Source: Azolla caroliniana (taxonomy: Eukaryota; Plantae; Polypodiophyta). Taken from it: a stretch of DNA of 64,000 bases. The notes under the pieces are model-generated. The model made no database searches, had not been told where the DNA came from, and saw only the letters and a list, made by a program, of their open reading frames with translations. A program made the position numbers and the translations under genes. The stretch spans positions 18,662,001-18,726,000 of the forward strand of contig JBHGNT010000009.1 of the NCBI GenBank assembly GCA_043228905.1, given 5' to 3'. Shown here piece by piece: positions 26,210 to 38,618 of this stretch (position 1 is its first letter; every line of letters begins with the position of its first letter).

Positions 26210-28815
26210 CCGACGACCAAGAGAAAACGGCATTCGTCACCGAATGGGGGGTGTTTGTGGCCGTGGTGATGATGTTCGGACTCAAAACAGCACCGGCAAC
26301 GTTTCAAAGAATCATCATGGAAATCTTTGGTGAATATATACCGGCTTTTATGCAGGTTTTCCTTGACGATTTCGCCGTCTATAGCCGGGAGGAGGACCAT
26401 TTTCAGCATCTCCGTCTTTGTCTAGAAAAGTGTAGAGCGTACCGGCTAAGCTTGAATCCGGCAAAGTGTGTATTTGGCGTGTCCAGTGGAACTTTATTAG
26501 GACATATCGTAAGCCAGGAAGGTATAGCAGTCGACCCGGACAAAGTGAAAGCCATATTAGAAGCACCGGCGCCGGCGCTGGCAAAGGCATTGAGCCGGTT
26601 CTTAGGCCAGATCCGGTGGCACAGCCGGATGCTCCGATACTTGGCCGACCTGGCTACACCGTTGCATGCCGCCGTACATCGGACACCATTCCAGTGGACC
26701 GATACTGAGGATAGGGCGTATAAGGCCCTCAAGGTACTATTATCGCAGGCACCGGTAGTACAACCTCCGGATTGGAGTAAAGAATTTCACGTGTTCGTGG
26801 ACGCCTCCGACATCGCAATCGGGAGCGTACTGATGCAGCTTACGGAACCAAAGTGGTACCGGCCAGTGTACTATGCCAGCCGGAAGCTATCCCAAGCAGA
26901 ACGGAACTACTCTACTACGGAACAGGAAGCTCTAGGAATGATCTACAGTGTGACAAAGTTTCGGCACTATTTATTGGGAAGGAAGTTTTCCTTCCATGTA
27001 GATCATTCAGCACTCCTTTACCTGGTGTCCAAGGCGTCACTCACCGGCAAATTGGCCCGGTGGACCTTACTATTACAGGAGTTCGAGTTTGAAATATTCC
27101 ACCGACCCGGTATACAGCATGCCGTAGCGGATTACTTAAGCCGATTGGAGTTCGGAGAGACGGGTGACGGAGTACTGGATGAGTTTCCGGATGCGGAGCT
27201 GTTTCAAGTCACTACGGAGACGGTAGCAGATGAGACAGTGGCCCAGGAAGACAAGGAACTGATACTGAGGGAAGCCCACTGCGGAGTTGCCGGAGGTCAC
27301 TATGCCGGAGATGTGACAGCCAGAAAAATATGGCAAAGTGGCCTATGGTGGCCAACGACATTAAGAGATGCGGTACGGTACGCAAAAGAATGTGACCTAT
27401 GCCAGAGAATGGGCCAGCCAACGGAGCAGGCTCGTATGCCACACCAGCCGGTACTACCACTCGAACCATTCCAAAAGTGGGGGCTGGACTTTGTAGGACC
27501 GTTCAAGCCACCGGCAATGAGAACGGGTAATCGGTACGTTATCATTGCTACGGATTACTGCACGAAATGGGTGGAGGCCAAAGCTTTACGGGATAACACC
27601 GCTGCGTTAACGGCAAAGTTTCTATATGAGTACATCTGGTGCCGTTACGGATGCCCCATTGAATTGATAAGTGACCAAGGGGGGCACTTTCTCGGACAAG
27701 TGGTGGAAAGCCTAACGACCTTCTATGCCGTGGTCCACAAACGAAGCACACCTTACTATCCACAGGCGAACGGATTAGCGGAATCAACAAACAAGACGCT
27801 CCAGAACATCCTTCGGAAGATCGTCAACGAGAACCGGACGGATTGGGACACAAAGCTACATAACGCGCTTTGGGCATACCGGACGGCATACAAAACGAGC
27901 ATCCGAACAACACCGTTCCGGTTGGCGTTCGGACTCGAGGCAGTCATGCCGGTAGAATTTCAAGTACCTAGCTTACGGATTCAGCTACGAGAACGGCTGA
28001 ACGAGAAGGAGTCGGAGACAATAAGGTTGATAGCCCTGTGTGAGCTGGAGGAACAACGGTTGGCCAGCATCCTACATTTAGAATTAGAGCAACGGCGACG
28101 GAAAGAATTCGTCGACCGGCACAGGAAAGGTAACGAAAAAATGTTCGCAATTGGCAAACCAGTGCTAGTATTCCAAACCCGGATGGGCAAGATGCCGGGT
28201 AAACTAAGGTTTAGATGGACCGGACCATATTGGCTAACACGGGAGTATAATGGGTCCTACCAGTTGGGGACACTTGCCGGCGAAGTGCTGGGCAAATGGG
28301 TGAATGGATTCCGGTTAAAGGCATATAGAGGACCGATGCCTAAGAACCCGTTTGAGCAAAGGACTGACGGCAACCACGAAGACGGTAACCGGAGAGAATG
28401 TGGCCGGTAAGGGTCCGGGAGGACCAACGGACATATGACGTCACACTAATAATAATAATAACTGAAAAAAAAAAAAAAAAAAACAATCATGCAAAAGCGA
28501 GGAATGAATGGATGAAAGAGCGTGGAGCGAAAAGGTACGTAGTGGGCATTTAAAGTGCCACCACAGGACATAATGCTATTTTAAGTACGCGACATGCACA
28601 AACTCGAAAAAGGCGCCAGAATGCACAGACAAAAACCATTGCGCGTAGAGACCCTCTATTTTCGCGAACCCAGGAGCACAGAAGCACCGAAACGCTGCAA
28701 GATTATCAAAAGAGAACCTGCGCACAGAGAACCCCCGCCTTCTTAACTCTCTCTTTCTCAACCCCGCTCTCATCACCATCCATCCTCGCCACCGCAGTCC
28801 AACCCCAACATAGAA

Positions 28816-31590
28816 ATGGACCCGCAAACGCTGTCGGAAGCCGCCAAGACATGGCTGAAGCAACACGGGCTCGAGGGCTTCCTGATGATGATGGAAGTAC
28901 CGCCACACAAAGAAGCCGACAAAGTGATCAAGGAAATCGATACAGAGGTCATAACGGCAGAGGCGATTCGAGCGTTAACAGGCCTTCCGGAGGGAGGCAT
29001 ACTCACGATCGACAATCCAACCCCGGAGCAACTCATCAGGTATTTTGGTGAGTACTCTCTAGCCAGCAAGGGCTACCGGACACAGAGCGGCAGAGATATG
29101 TTGTTCCGCGAAATTGCTCGTGTGCTCCATGAATACGGCCACGTATACCCTAGACCCCCTGTCATGCCGCAGAACCGGGCAGGGATGATCATCGCCACCT
29201 ATGAAGGCATCAAGGTGGATTGGCCGGTATTGATTGCAGACGGGTTGTGTGCGGCGATCGAGATCGTCAGAGGCAAAGACGGCAAAGAAGGCCGAGACAG
29301 ACGAAGGATATGGCACGCCGTAACGCAGTGGCTCACCCTGCTGGTGCCACCCGTTCAGACCGTCCAGCCCAAGAAGCGAGGAAGAGTGTCGGACGGCACC
29401 CCAAGGACGGCTTCCAAACGGCAGCAGTTGTTGGCCTCTAAGGCCAGTAAGGGAAAGGCAGTGGATGCAGACCAGGCGGCAGCAAGAAGTGGCAGCCGGA
29501 AGCGCCCAACGGAGGTGCAGGAGGAACCACCGACACGACCCGTAAAGGTCACACTCCGCCGACCGGTGAATCGAGAAGTGGACCCCTTGGCGGCAAAACT
29601 CAATGTCGGAGCTCAGGAGGAGGAAATAGAGGAGGAGCCTACGGAGCACCTCCAGCGACGGTCGTCGGCAAGGACCGTTGAGACAGCCGGGAAACGTTCG
29701 GACCCTCAGACGGAGGGAACACTGGCTCCCCATACCGAGACTCCTACGCCAAGGAAGGAACCGGAACCGGTGCAGAAGGAACCGGAAACAGAAGCCCCGG
29801 CACCACCGGCAACACCGGCAAGTCCCATTCCGCCAAAGCCGGAAAGGTCACTACAGCCTCCCTCGGTCAGCCAAGAAGAAGCGCAAGGGGACCAAGGACA
29901 GCAGGATGGTCCACGGGCAGAAACGGAACTACAACTCGGCGCAACCAGGCGGGACCACCCCTCTACAAGTGAGCCCATCTATCAAACCTCCATGCAAGCA
30001 CAACAAGGCACTGGTAGCCTGTGGCTCCGGTGGATAGGCGAACAGATAGCCGGAGCAGTGGGGTATATAGAGGCGGAAGAAAGAGCGCAAAGCGAACGGT
30101 TGCTCGTCACAACCGAACAACTAGAGACGGCCCGGTCCAGAATCCGGTGCCTTGAAAAAGATTTGGATCAGGTCACGACAGAGATGGCTAAAATACGGAT
30201 CCAATCACCGGTGACTCCGGTAAGTGTACAGAATAATGAAACGGAACGACCTGCACATAGGAATAAGACCCCGGCAACGGAAACCGTTCCGGCGAGAGAT
30301 GCGGCGCAAGCTCGGGAGCTTGCAGAATTGAGAGAGGAACTTGCCGCACAAGAAGCACTAAGGAGCCGTGAACGAGAATTGAAGACGGTGGCCGAAGCCG
30401 AATTAAAGAAGACTGCTAAGAACCTCCGCCGGGCAGAGGAGAGCCTCCGAAAAGGCCATCAAGCGTACGACCGGCTAAAGGAGGAGAAAGAAAAAGTGCT
30501 GCAGGAAAAGGACAAGCTGCGGAAAACGGCGGAAACAGAGATAGAACGGCTAAAGGAAGAGCTCCGCCAACAGAAGGACCGCGAGGACCGGGCCCGTCGT
30601 CAGATCAACGCACGGCTCAAGCAAAAGACGGATGATTTTGAGCACCTGCACCGGGACTACAAACGGCTAGAAATAGAGCATAAAGAATGGATGGCCGAGC
30701 TCCAGCAGGCAGTTGATCGGGCCGCAACGGCGATCGCCGACGAACGGGCGGAAAATACAAGACGCTTGGAAGAGGTGGAGAAGGTCCGGATGGAGCTCCA
30801 GAAGCAGCAGCAGGAAGACAAAGAGAGAGCGTCTACAATATTGCAGAAATTACAAAGTACATATCAAAGGCAACTGACGCATTACAAGGCGCAGGCGGAG
30901 GACAACGTAAAAATCATCAAACAACTGAAGGAGGAACGGCAAGCGACAGAAACCAAATCGCAATTGGGAACGAGCCGGATTCAGTCCATCCTCCGGGCAT
31001 GGCTGAATCAGACGAAGCACTTGATTGATGAAAGCTCCGTAAAATGGTGGACAAAGTGAGCACAAAACGCGGCGGAACTCCAGTTGATACGGGCGGATGT
31101 GGCAAACCGGCGGAAGGAAGGAGATGACTGTTATACGCTATCTTCCGAGGACTTCACCGCCATACGGGACGAGCTGGCCGACGACTTCCAAGTCCTAGCA
31201 GATGAACAGCTGGCGCAGGTCAGACAGCTCGTAGCTCAGCTGGACGATGATAGGCTGGACGCTCAAATCCAGTTTGAAAGCTACGAGCGGTCCCGGGTAC
31301 GGGAAGAAAAAGGGCAGGAAGCGACAACGGTTAACCTTAGTGATGAGGAACCGTCGTCGGCTGAGGGCTAGCCGGGAACCAGTCAACCGGAGACCGCCAC
31401 GACGCAGGGAGCAACGACGGAGACGCCGGTGTCAGAGCCACAAACGGAGGAGCAGCCGCAGCAACCACCAACGGACCCGCCGCAGCAGACAGCAACAGAG
31501 CAGCAACAACAACAACAACAACAACCACTTCCAAATGAACCATTGGAGCCTCTCGAACAGAGCATTCTGGACATTTTGGACGAAGAATAG
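28816..31590 (+). pseudogene. Gypsy extra ORF downstream of pol (~924 codons; globular N-terminus, Pro/Glu-rich linker, long coiled coil, poly-Q tail)
   Basis: The 747-aa ORF continues in the same frame through stops at 31057-31059 and 31369-31371 to TAG 31588-31590, ending ~55 bp before the 3' LTR. Confidence 0.8.
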
Positions 31591-32802
31591 CAAGGGTCGT
31601 TTGTGGATTCGACGTACAAGGTATTGTTCCACGGGCGTGCCATGTGTTACCGGCCGGCAAAGGAGTCCAGAGTGGGAAACGGAGAGCTAATTAAGTAGTA
31701 GGAATGTGGTTGTAATTAAGCTATGAGTGTGGACGAACGGACTGGAATCGGTATGCCGTTCCGGATCCGGACCGATCCCGAACAGGTGCGGATGGCACCG
31801 TTTTGTAATACAGACCGGAAACCTATTTAAAGGCCCGGATACAATGTAATAGTTAGCGGTTAATTAATGAAAGCTTAAGCGTTGTTATATCTATGTCAAT
31901 TGTCATTCTATCTTAATTGTATATCTTACGCATGTTATGAAGACGATCCTAATAAGTAACTTAACTAAGTCGGCCCAAATTCTACTTACAAGAGAGATCC
32001 ATTTAAACATTGAAACACACATTTTGCAAAAAGTTTGTATCCTCTTGTATAAGACAAGTCATCTATGTGTTTAAATTGTGTTGGCTACAATTTTGCAATT
32101 CCATGGTGTGTAGATATAAAGATAAGACATATGGTACTTCTCAATCCCTCTCTTAAATGAAGGTAGAATAATAAACACCTCTTCACCTTTTGGAGGTATA
32201 TTATTACTCTTAGTTACCAAAAATCAAGAGGTGATAAATTGTAGGGCCTCCATGTTCGATGGTTTATCACGCCTTCAAACTAAAATATCATTTATTACTT
32301 AATTCTTTCTTTCTCTTGGCTCTATTCCATACATGTATGATAGTTATTATCACATGAACATAAGATTGTTACTGATATTTCATCGCAAGTTAATGTAGAA
32401 AGCCATCTACAACAAACCGTTTAGCACAATTATATTTGGATTTGTGTATGTAGTGGTTCATCCCCAATCAACCTATGTAGATTATAAATAGCTAGTAACT
32501 ACATAGACTCTCTCAATATTGTGAAAGAGTAGAAAGTTGTCCCAATATTCTTTAACATTATAATAGAATGATTGATACATAAAACGAAATCTACAATTTT
32601 GTATCGCACGAAATGAACTATTACCATAAGAAATGCAATATGCATAAATAACTAAAGATGGTAGGAAAGTATAGACATCGTATTAGGTTATTTAAAGCTG
32701 TTGGAGAAGACTTATATTATAGTGTTGGAAGTTGGAACACACTTTTCTCGATCATTGTTCTTGTCGAAAAGCTCCTCTTGTGATGTTGCTTCATCAATGC
32801 AA

Positions 32803-33564
32803 TTAATTTTCTCTCTGTCTCTCTCTAGTGAGGTATCCCTATTAATTTCCATATAAAAACTCAACTGTATTAGTATGTAACTTATAATAAGACTTACGGA
32901 ACAAATAAAACATAAAAAGTGGAGTATTTACTTTGTTGGTTCCAAGTGTATTAGTATGTAACTTATAATAGGACTTACGGAACAAATAAAACATAAAAAG
33001 TGGAGTATTTACTTTGTTGGTTCCATGTATAGTGTCAAAGATCGTGAGGCCATGTGAGAAGTTACTAGCACACTTTGCACCAATTCGGTGGTGATAATCA
33101 TGATATTTTGATCCTCCATAGAAGGGAATTAACTTTGTAGGAGTCCAACGTAAGTCATATCTATAAAATGGACGATTCTAATGTTTCTATTAATAATATC
33201 AACCCATTAAATATACTACATATGTTGACATTTTGTTTTACCCGCTATGGATTTCAAAAGCATGAAGATGACTAATTGCTATCCAAATCCAAAAAGTTAT
33301 GATGTGAGGTGGAACAATGAAAACTCCAACTAAAGTTGGAACAAACCCCAAGAATACTTCTAATGGATGTGCATAGATGGACGTAAAGCTTTTAGGGGAG
33401 GAGTACTCATGGTGCACATGATGAAATAGCTTGTAGGCCCAATCGGTATGATACCATCGATGAAACCAATATGTAATGTAGTCTTGTATGAGAAAGTAGA
33501 CAAGGTTTTGGGCAATGATTTCACCAAGGGATGGTAGAGAGAGGTCCATACGAATCCCAATGAG
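32803..33564 (-). pseudogene. 5'-truncated duplicate (exons 2-4) of the SMO1-like gene
   Basis: Near-identical to 37436-38197; lacks exon 1 and promoter; ends at a rearranged junction at 33565-33654. Confidence 0.9.
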
Positions 33565-33654
33565 CTGTAAATGATTTCACCAAGTAGACAAGTAGACAAG
33601 GTTTTGGGCAATGATTTGACCAAGGGATGGTAGAGAGAGGTCCATACGAATCCT

Positions 33655-36600
33655 ACTTGATTTAGACTTTAATAATGCCCTCGGAATACAACTCAATTTC
33701 CTCTAGACTTGAGAAATTCTTCTTCCATGTCATATCAATGTGACATCAAGACAATGATTAACACAAGTTTCATCCTCACATACAAGGCCTTCACACATAC
33801 CCTTACCTCGATCTTCATCAAACATGCCATAGTTCAATGGTACAATCAATCACCCCACGCCTTAAAAACTATTGATCAAGTGCAAGAAGTCTTATTACGC
33901 TTTCTAAACATACAACATCTCAACAAGAAAAAAATCAATGCTCCCCACCCCCAAACCTACCACGCCCACCCCCTCTATTGTCTTGGCCCACCCTTCTAGC
34001 CCACCATCACCTCACCCACCCCCTCCACCAACCTGAATAGTCGAGCCCCCACCACCGCTCATCCCATTAAGTTGACCTTCAACCTCAAAGGATTCAAGCT
34101 CATAACCATGCACTCATCCCATAACCACAAATACCACATGGAAAAAGAGGCAAGAGCGAAAATCGAAGAAAGGGGATCCGATATTGAACTTAGGTGTGAA
34201 AAGGCTAATGGTAGTGTAAGACTAACATTTTACTTTCTTCAAGAATTTTCCGAGAAGAACTAAGCTGGACGTTATGCTATCCCTCTATCTCTCTCTTCCC
34301 CTTTGAGCCATTGGAGTAGCTTACATAGCAAAAAACTCTACTCTCAAACTTGCCTACTTAAATATTTAGGCGTGTTGCGTTAAGTATAATGTAATTTTCT
34401 TACTTTGATTGAAATGTATGATGAACTTTTCTATGATTTTCATGTTCCATTAATGAAATGTATGGATTTCATAGTAAAGTCTTTGGAATATATGTCTCGA
34501 TTAGATTAAAGTAGAGAGTAGTTAATATTTGAGCTTTGAAGATTGACATTAACACAAGAGGGCTTATGAACAATTCACACACTTCCTACTCTTGTCACCT
34601 ACAAAAGAGTAAATGTTGATCCAACCTTGAAAGAACGATTTGAGTGTGGAGATATAAGTCCACTAGGTGGTGGTAAGTGTGTTGGGAAGAAGGTTGCACA
34701 CACACACAACTACACCTCTTAGGCAACTTATATAGGTTACTTGGTTTATCATTATCACAATTCACATCAACCATCATTGACTAATTAGTGGTTCCCAACT
34801 TCCTATCATCTACAACTAACCCTATGGTTTAATTAAGTGTTTCGACTTTATCTATTATTTTACATTCTGACCTTTAGGCCATTTTGTATTCGTGGAATGG
34901 TCAAATACTAATTATTTACCTTGGACCCTGTGATAGTGACTTGTGAGATAAGTCTCATCTCAATAACTAGAATCTAGGCATTCCACTTTGAAAAATCGAG
35001 CTTGATATAGTTATTATAGAAGCGACATGGTTGAATGATTTATTAACCACAAGGATTACATAGTCCAATACAAGTCAAATGTGATAAGTAGAATCATACT
35101 GTGTATTTGGTTTTTTGAACAATATCAATAACATGTAGAAAAAAGATATTACTATTTATCCAATCATCCATGAATTGTAAAGTAATTTACCCTCACACTC
35201 TATTATAAGGGGCCTTCATTTGCACATATGTTTGACCCCTTAGCTTTGTACTTCAACATAAGTACATAATGTAATGCACAATCATGACTTCTCGTGATAC
35301 TTTGATTATGCATATATTATTTAAATTACATTTACATGAACATAATGAAACTGCATTTTTATTCTGTAACATTAATTATGCAGGTTACAATTTCATATTA
35401 AAGAATTCACTTATCACTCATAAAGTGTAGACATGATGGCCTATACATTGCTCTTTATGATTGGCTGATTTAATCAAAGTGTGGCATCTCGTTCATGATG
35501 GGAAAGAAGAGAAATATGACATTGATTCTTATTTTCTATTAAAACCTCCCACACTTACTATGGTGAAGGTTACAAGGCATTGGCAGGTAATTTTAATTGG
35601 TTGAGAAAAATGTTGTCCGTGAACCTTGCAAAGGTATATCAATTACCTAGAAAACAATCTCAAATGTTGTCTTTATCACGTTGCAAAAAGGCTGTCTTAG
35701 AATCTTCATATATTTATGTATAGAGCCTTGGAGATGCTTTTTCAAGCGAGAAATATGTGTTGTATTACAACTTGCAACTTATGAATGGTCTAGAAAACCT
35801 TGTATAATGACATGCAACTTGTGAATGCTCCAAAAAACCTGGTATAATGAAATCCAATTTGTTTAGAAGGCCATGCGTTACAAGGGGTTTATAGGTCATT
35901 TTGGCCTTTTAAAAGACCTAAAGATATCTTTTTTCTTTCTTTAAAGATTCTCTACTCTTTTGGGGAAGAAAGAGTTGTATTCCGAGAATTATCAATTCAC
36001 ATTTTCAAAACCCTTACAAACAAGTCAATTTTTGAAGAATATCTTATTTATCTTCTATTCATACGACAAAAACCATAAAACCACAACTACTTTATTTTAT
36101 AACGAATGAATTTCATGGTGTGAAATTTCATCACTGAACAAGAAACATTCTAGCTATGTACGAGATAAGAAAAAATTGATGTTGATTACACTCCACTTCA
36201 ACAAAACAAAAGAAAACATGAACCACTAGCATGTTGCTTTTGCTTAAACACCTTTGGTCTCAATGTCAAACAAATTCGCCAACCCACTTGAATCATATGA
36301 TGTCACTGTGAAATTTCATCACCGAACAAGAAACCATTCTAGCTATGTACGAGATAAGAAAAAATTGATGTTGATTACACTCCACTTCAACAGAACAAAA
36401 GAAAACATGAACCACTAGCAATGTTGCTTTTTCTTAAACACCTTTGGTCTCAATGTCAAACAAATTTGCCAACCCACTTCAATCATATGATGCCACCAAG
36501 ATATGGGCTTATGGAGGCTTCGTACCTTTCTATCCTTTACACATTAATGATGAAAACTCTACTTACATGAGAGATATTTCATAACACTCCCAAAGATCAA

Positions 36601-37525
36601 ATATGGCCCAAATTCTACTTACAAGAGAGATCCATTTAAAGATTGAAACACACATTTTGCAAAAAGTTTGTATCCTCTTGTATAAGACAAGTCATCTATG
36701 TGTTTAAATTGTGTTGGCTACAATTTTGCAATTCCATGGTGTGTAGATATAAAGATAAGACATATGGCACTTCTCAATCCCTCTCTTAAATGAAGGTAGA
36801 ATAATAAACACCTCTTCACCTTTTGGAGGTATATTATTACTCTTAGTTACCAAAAATCAAGAGGTGATAAATTGTAGGGCCTCCATGTTCGATGGTTTAT
36901 CACGCCTTCAAACTAAAATATCATTTATTACTTAATTCTTTCTTTCTCTTGGCTCTATTCCATACATGTATGATAGTTATTATCACATGAACATAAGATT
37001 GTTACTGATATTTCATCGCAAGTTAATGTAGAAAGCCATCTACAACAAACCGTTTAGCACAATTATATTTGGATTTGTGTATGTAGTGGTTCATCCCCAA
37101 TCAACCTATGTAGATTTTAAATAGCTAGTAACTACATAGACTCTCTCAATATTGTGAAAGAGTAGAAAGTTGTCCCAATATTCTTTAACATTATAATAGA
37201 ATGATTGATACATAAAACGAAATCTACAATTTTGTATCGCACGAAATGAGCTATTACCATAAGAAATGCAATATGCATAAATAACTAAAGATGGTAGGAA
37301 AGTATAGACATCGTATTAGGTTATTTAAAGCTGTTGGAGAAGACTTATATTATAGTGTTGGAAGTTGGAACACACTTTTCTCGAGCATTGTTCTTGTCGA
37401 AAAGCTCCTCTTGTGATGTTGCTTCATCAATGCAATTAATTTTCTCTCTGTCTCTCTCTAGTGAGGTATCCCTATTAATTTCCATATAAAAACTCAACTG
37501 TATTAGTATGTAACTTATAATAAGA
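33655..37525. repeat. Segmental duplication copy (downstream flank of the intact SMO1-like gene)
   Basis: Matches 12821-16690; its right part also matches 31974-32890. Confidence 0.95.
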
Positions 37526-38618
37526 CTTACGGAACAAATAAAACATAAAAAGTGGAGTATTTACTTTGTTGGTTCCAAGTGTATTAGTATGTAACTTATA
37601 ATAGGACTTACGGAACAAATAAAACATAAAAAGTGGAGTATTTACTTTGTTGGTTCCATGTATAGTGTCAAAGATCGTGAGGCCATGTGAGAAGTTACTA
37701 GCACACTTTGCACCAATTCGGTGGTGATAATCATGATATTTTGATCCTCCATAGAAGGGAATTAACTTTGTAGGAGTCCAACGTAAGTCATATCTATAAA
37801 ATGGACGATTCTAATGTTTCTATTAATAATATCAACCCATTAAATATACTACATATGTTGACATTTTGTTTTACCCGCTATGGATTTCAAAAGCGTGAAG
37901 ATGACTAATTGCTATCCAAATCCAAAAAGTTATGATGTGAGGTGGAACGATGAAAACTCCAACTAAAGCTGGAACAAACCCCAAGAGTACTTCTAATGGA
38001 TGTGCATAGATGGATGTAAAGCTTTCAGGGGAGGAGTACTCATGGTGCACATGATGAAATAGCTTGTAGGCCCAATCGGTATGATACCATCGATGAAACC
38101 AATATGTAATGTAGTCTTGTATGAGAAAGTAGACAAGGTTTTGGGCAATGATTTCACCAAGGGATGGTAGAGAGAGGTCCATACGAATCCCAATGAGCTG
38201 TATAGTTAACACGAAAATTTGCATAAGAAAGTAATATATGGTAATGAGATTAAAAACCAAATATCCAAGTACAAGTGTGGACCTTGAAGAGAGGGTAGGA
38301 ATGGAGAAGGAGAGGGGTAATGAGGAGTCCATAGATGAGGATGAGGCTAAAGTAGATATAGAGAATGGAGGTGAGTGTAATGTGGGTGCGAGGTTGGATT
38401 TTGGAGGGTGAGAAGAAGGAAGGGAAGAGTCGAGGAAGGAGGAAATTGGAAAAACCAACCACATGCATAACCGCGAACAGGACAATGATCGTGAAAGAGT
38501 AGAGGGTGGCATCGGAGAGGGAGACAGTATGTGTGTACCATAAGTGTTCCATTGTTGAAAGAGGTCTCCCACTTAGTGCTCCCTCAACAACTTCCATGCT
38601 CCCATAAGGCATTACCAT
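37436..38618 (-). CDS. SMO1: Sterol 4-alpha-methyl oxidase 1-like / fatty acid hydroxylase superfamily di-iron oxidase (divergent)
   Basis: Exons 38618-38283, 38197-37875, 37793-37646 and 37471-37436 with GT-AG introns and an open frame. His boxes HRWYH, HHVHH and HDYHH; also HSGYD, PFYGG and the GTNKGY C-terminus, as in plant SMO1. Confidence 0.85.

Larger units (their letters stand above)
17381..28410 (+). pseudogene. Gypsy gag-pol polyprotein (in-frame stops; split by Copia insertion)
   Basis: Single frame from ATG 17381: gag, CCHC knuckles (CTTCLNSGHSALEC; CYYCRQEGHYSNQC), protease VIDGGS, RT FLDDF, RNase H DAS...NYSTTEQE, integrase HHCC and D..D..E. Stops near 17534, 17672, 18770, 20393 and 20612. 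Confidence 0.92.
16898..31973 (+). mobile_element. Ty3/Gypsy non-chromovirus LTR retrotransposon with 3' extra ORF; 3' LTR truncated
   Basis: 5' LTR 16898-17327 (TGTTA...TTAACA); PBS TGGCGACCAC at 17335-17344 (likely tRNA-Arg); domain order gag-PR-RT-RH-INT. 3' LTR 31645-31973 matches the first ~330 bp of the 5' LTR with about 10 mismatches counted by eye. Confidence 0.95.

Noticed and set aside
31625-31644. Apparent lack of a polypurine tract before the Gypsy 3' LTR
   Set aside because: ACGGGCGTGCCATG is more simply a mutated G-run PPT; it cannot be claimed as a novel priming mode from one copy.
17242-31690. Numerous overlapping antisense and alternative-frame ORFs within the Gypsy and Copia elements
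   Set aside because: Expected shadows of GC-rich coding sequence; no independent motifs.
37871-38572. 233-aa ORF as a single-exon gene
   Set aside because: It reads exon 1 in the wrong frame and runs through intron 1; the spliced model explains it.
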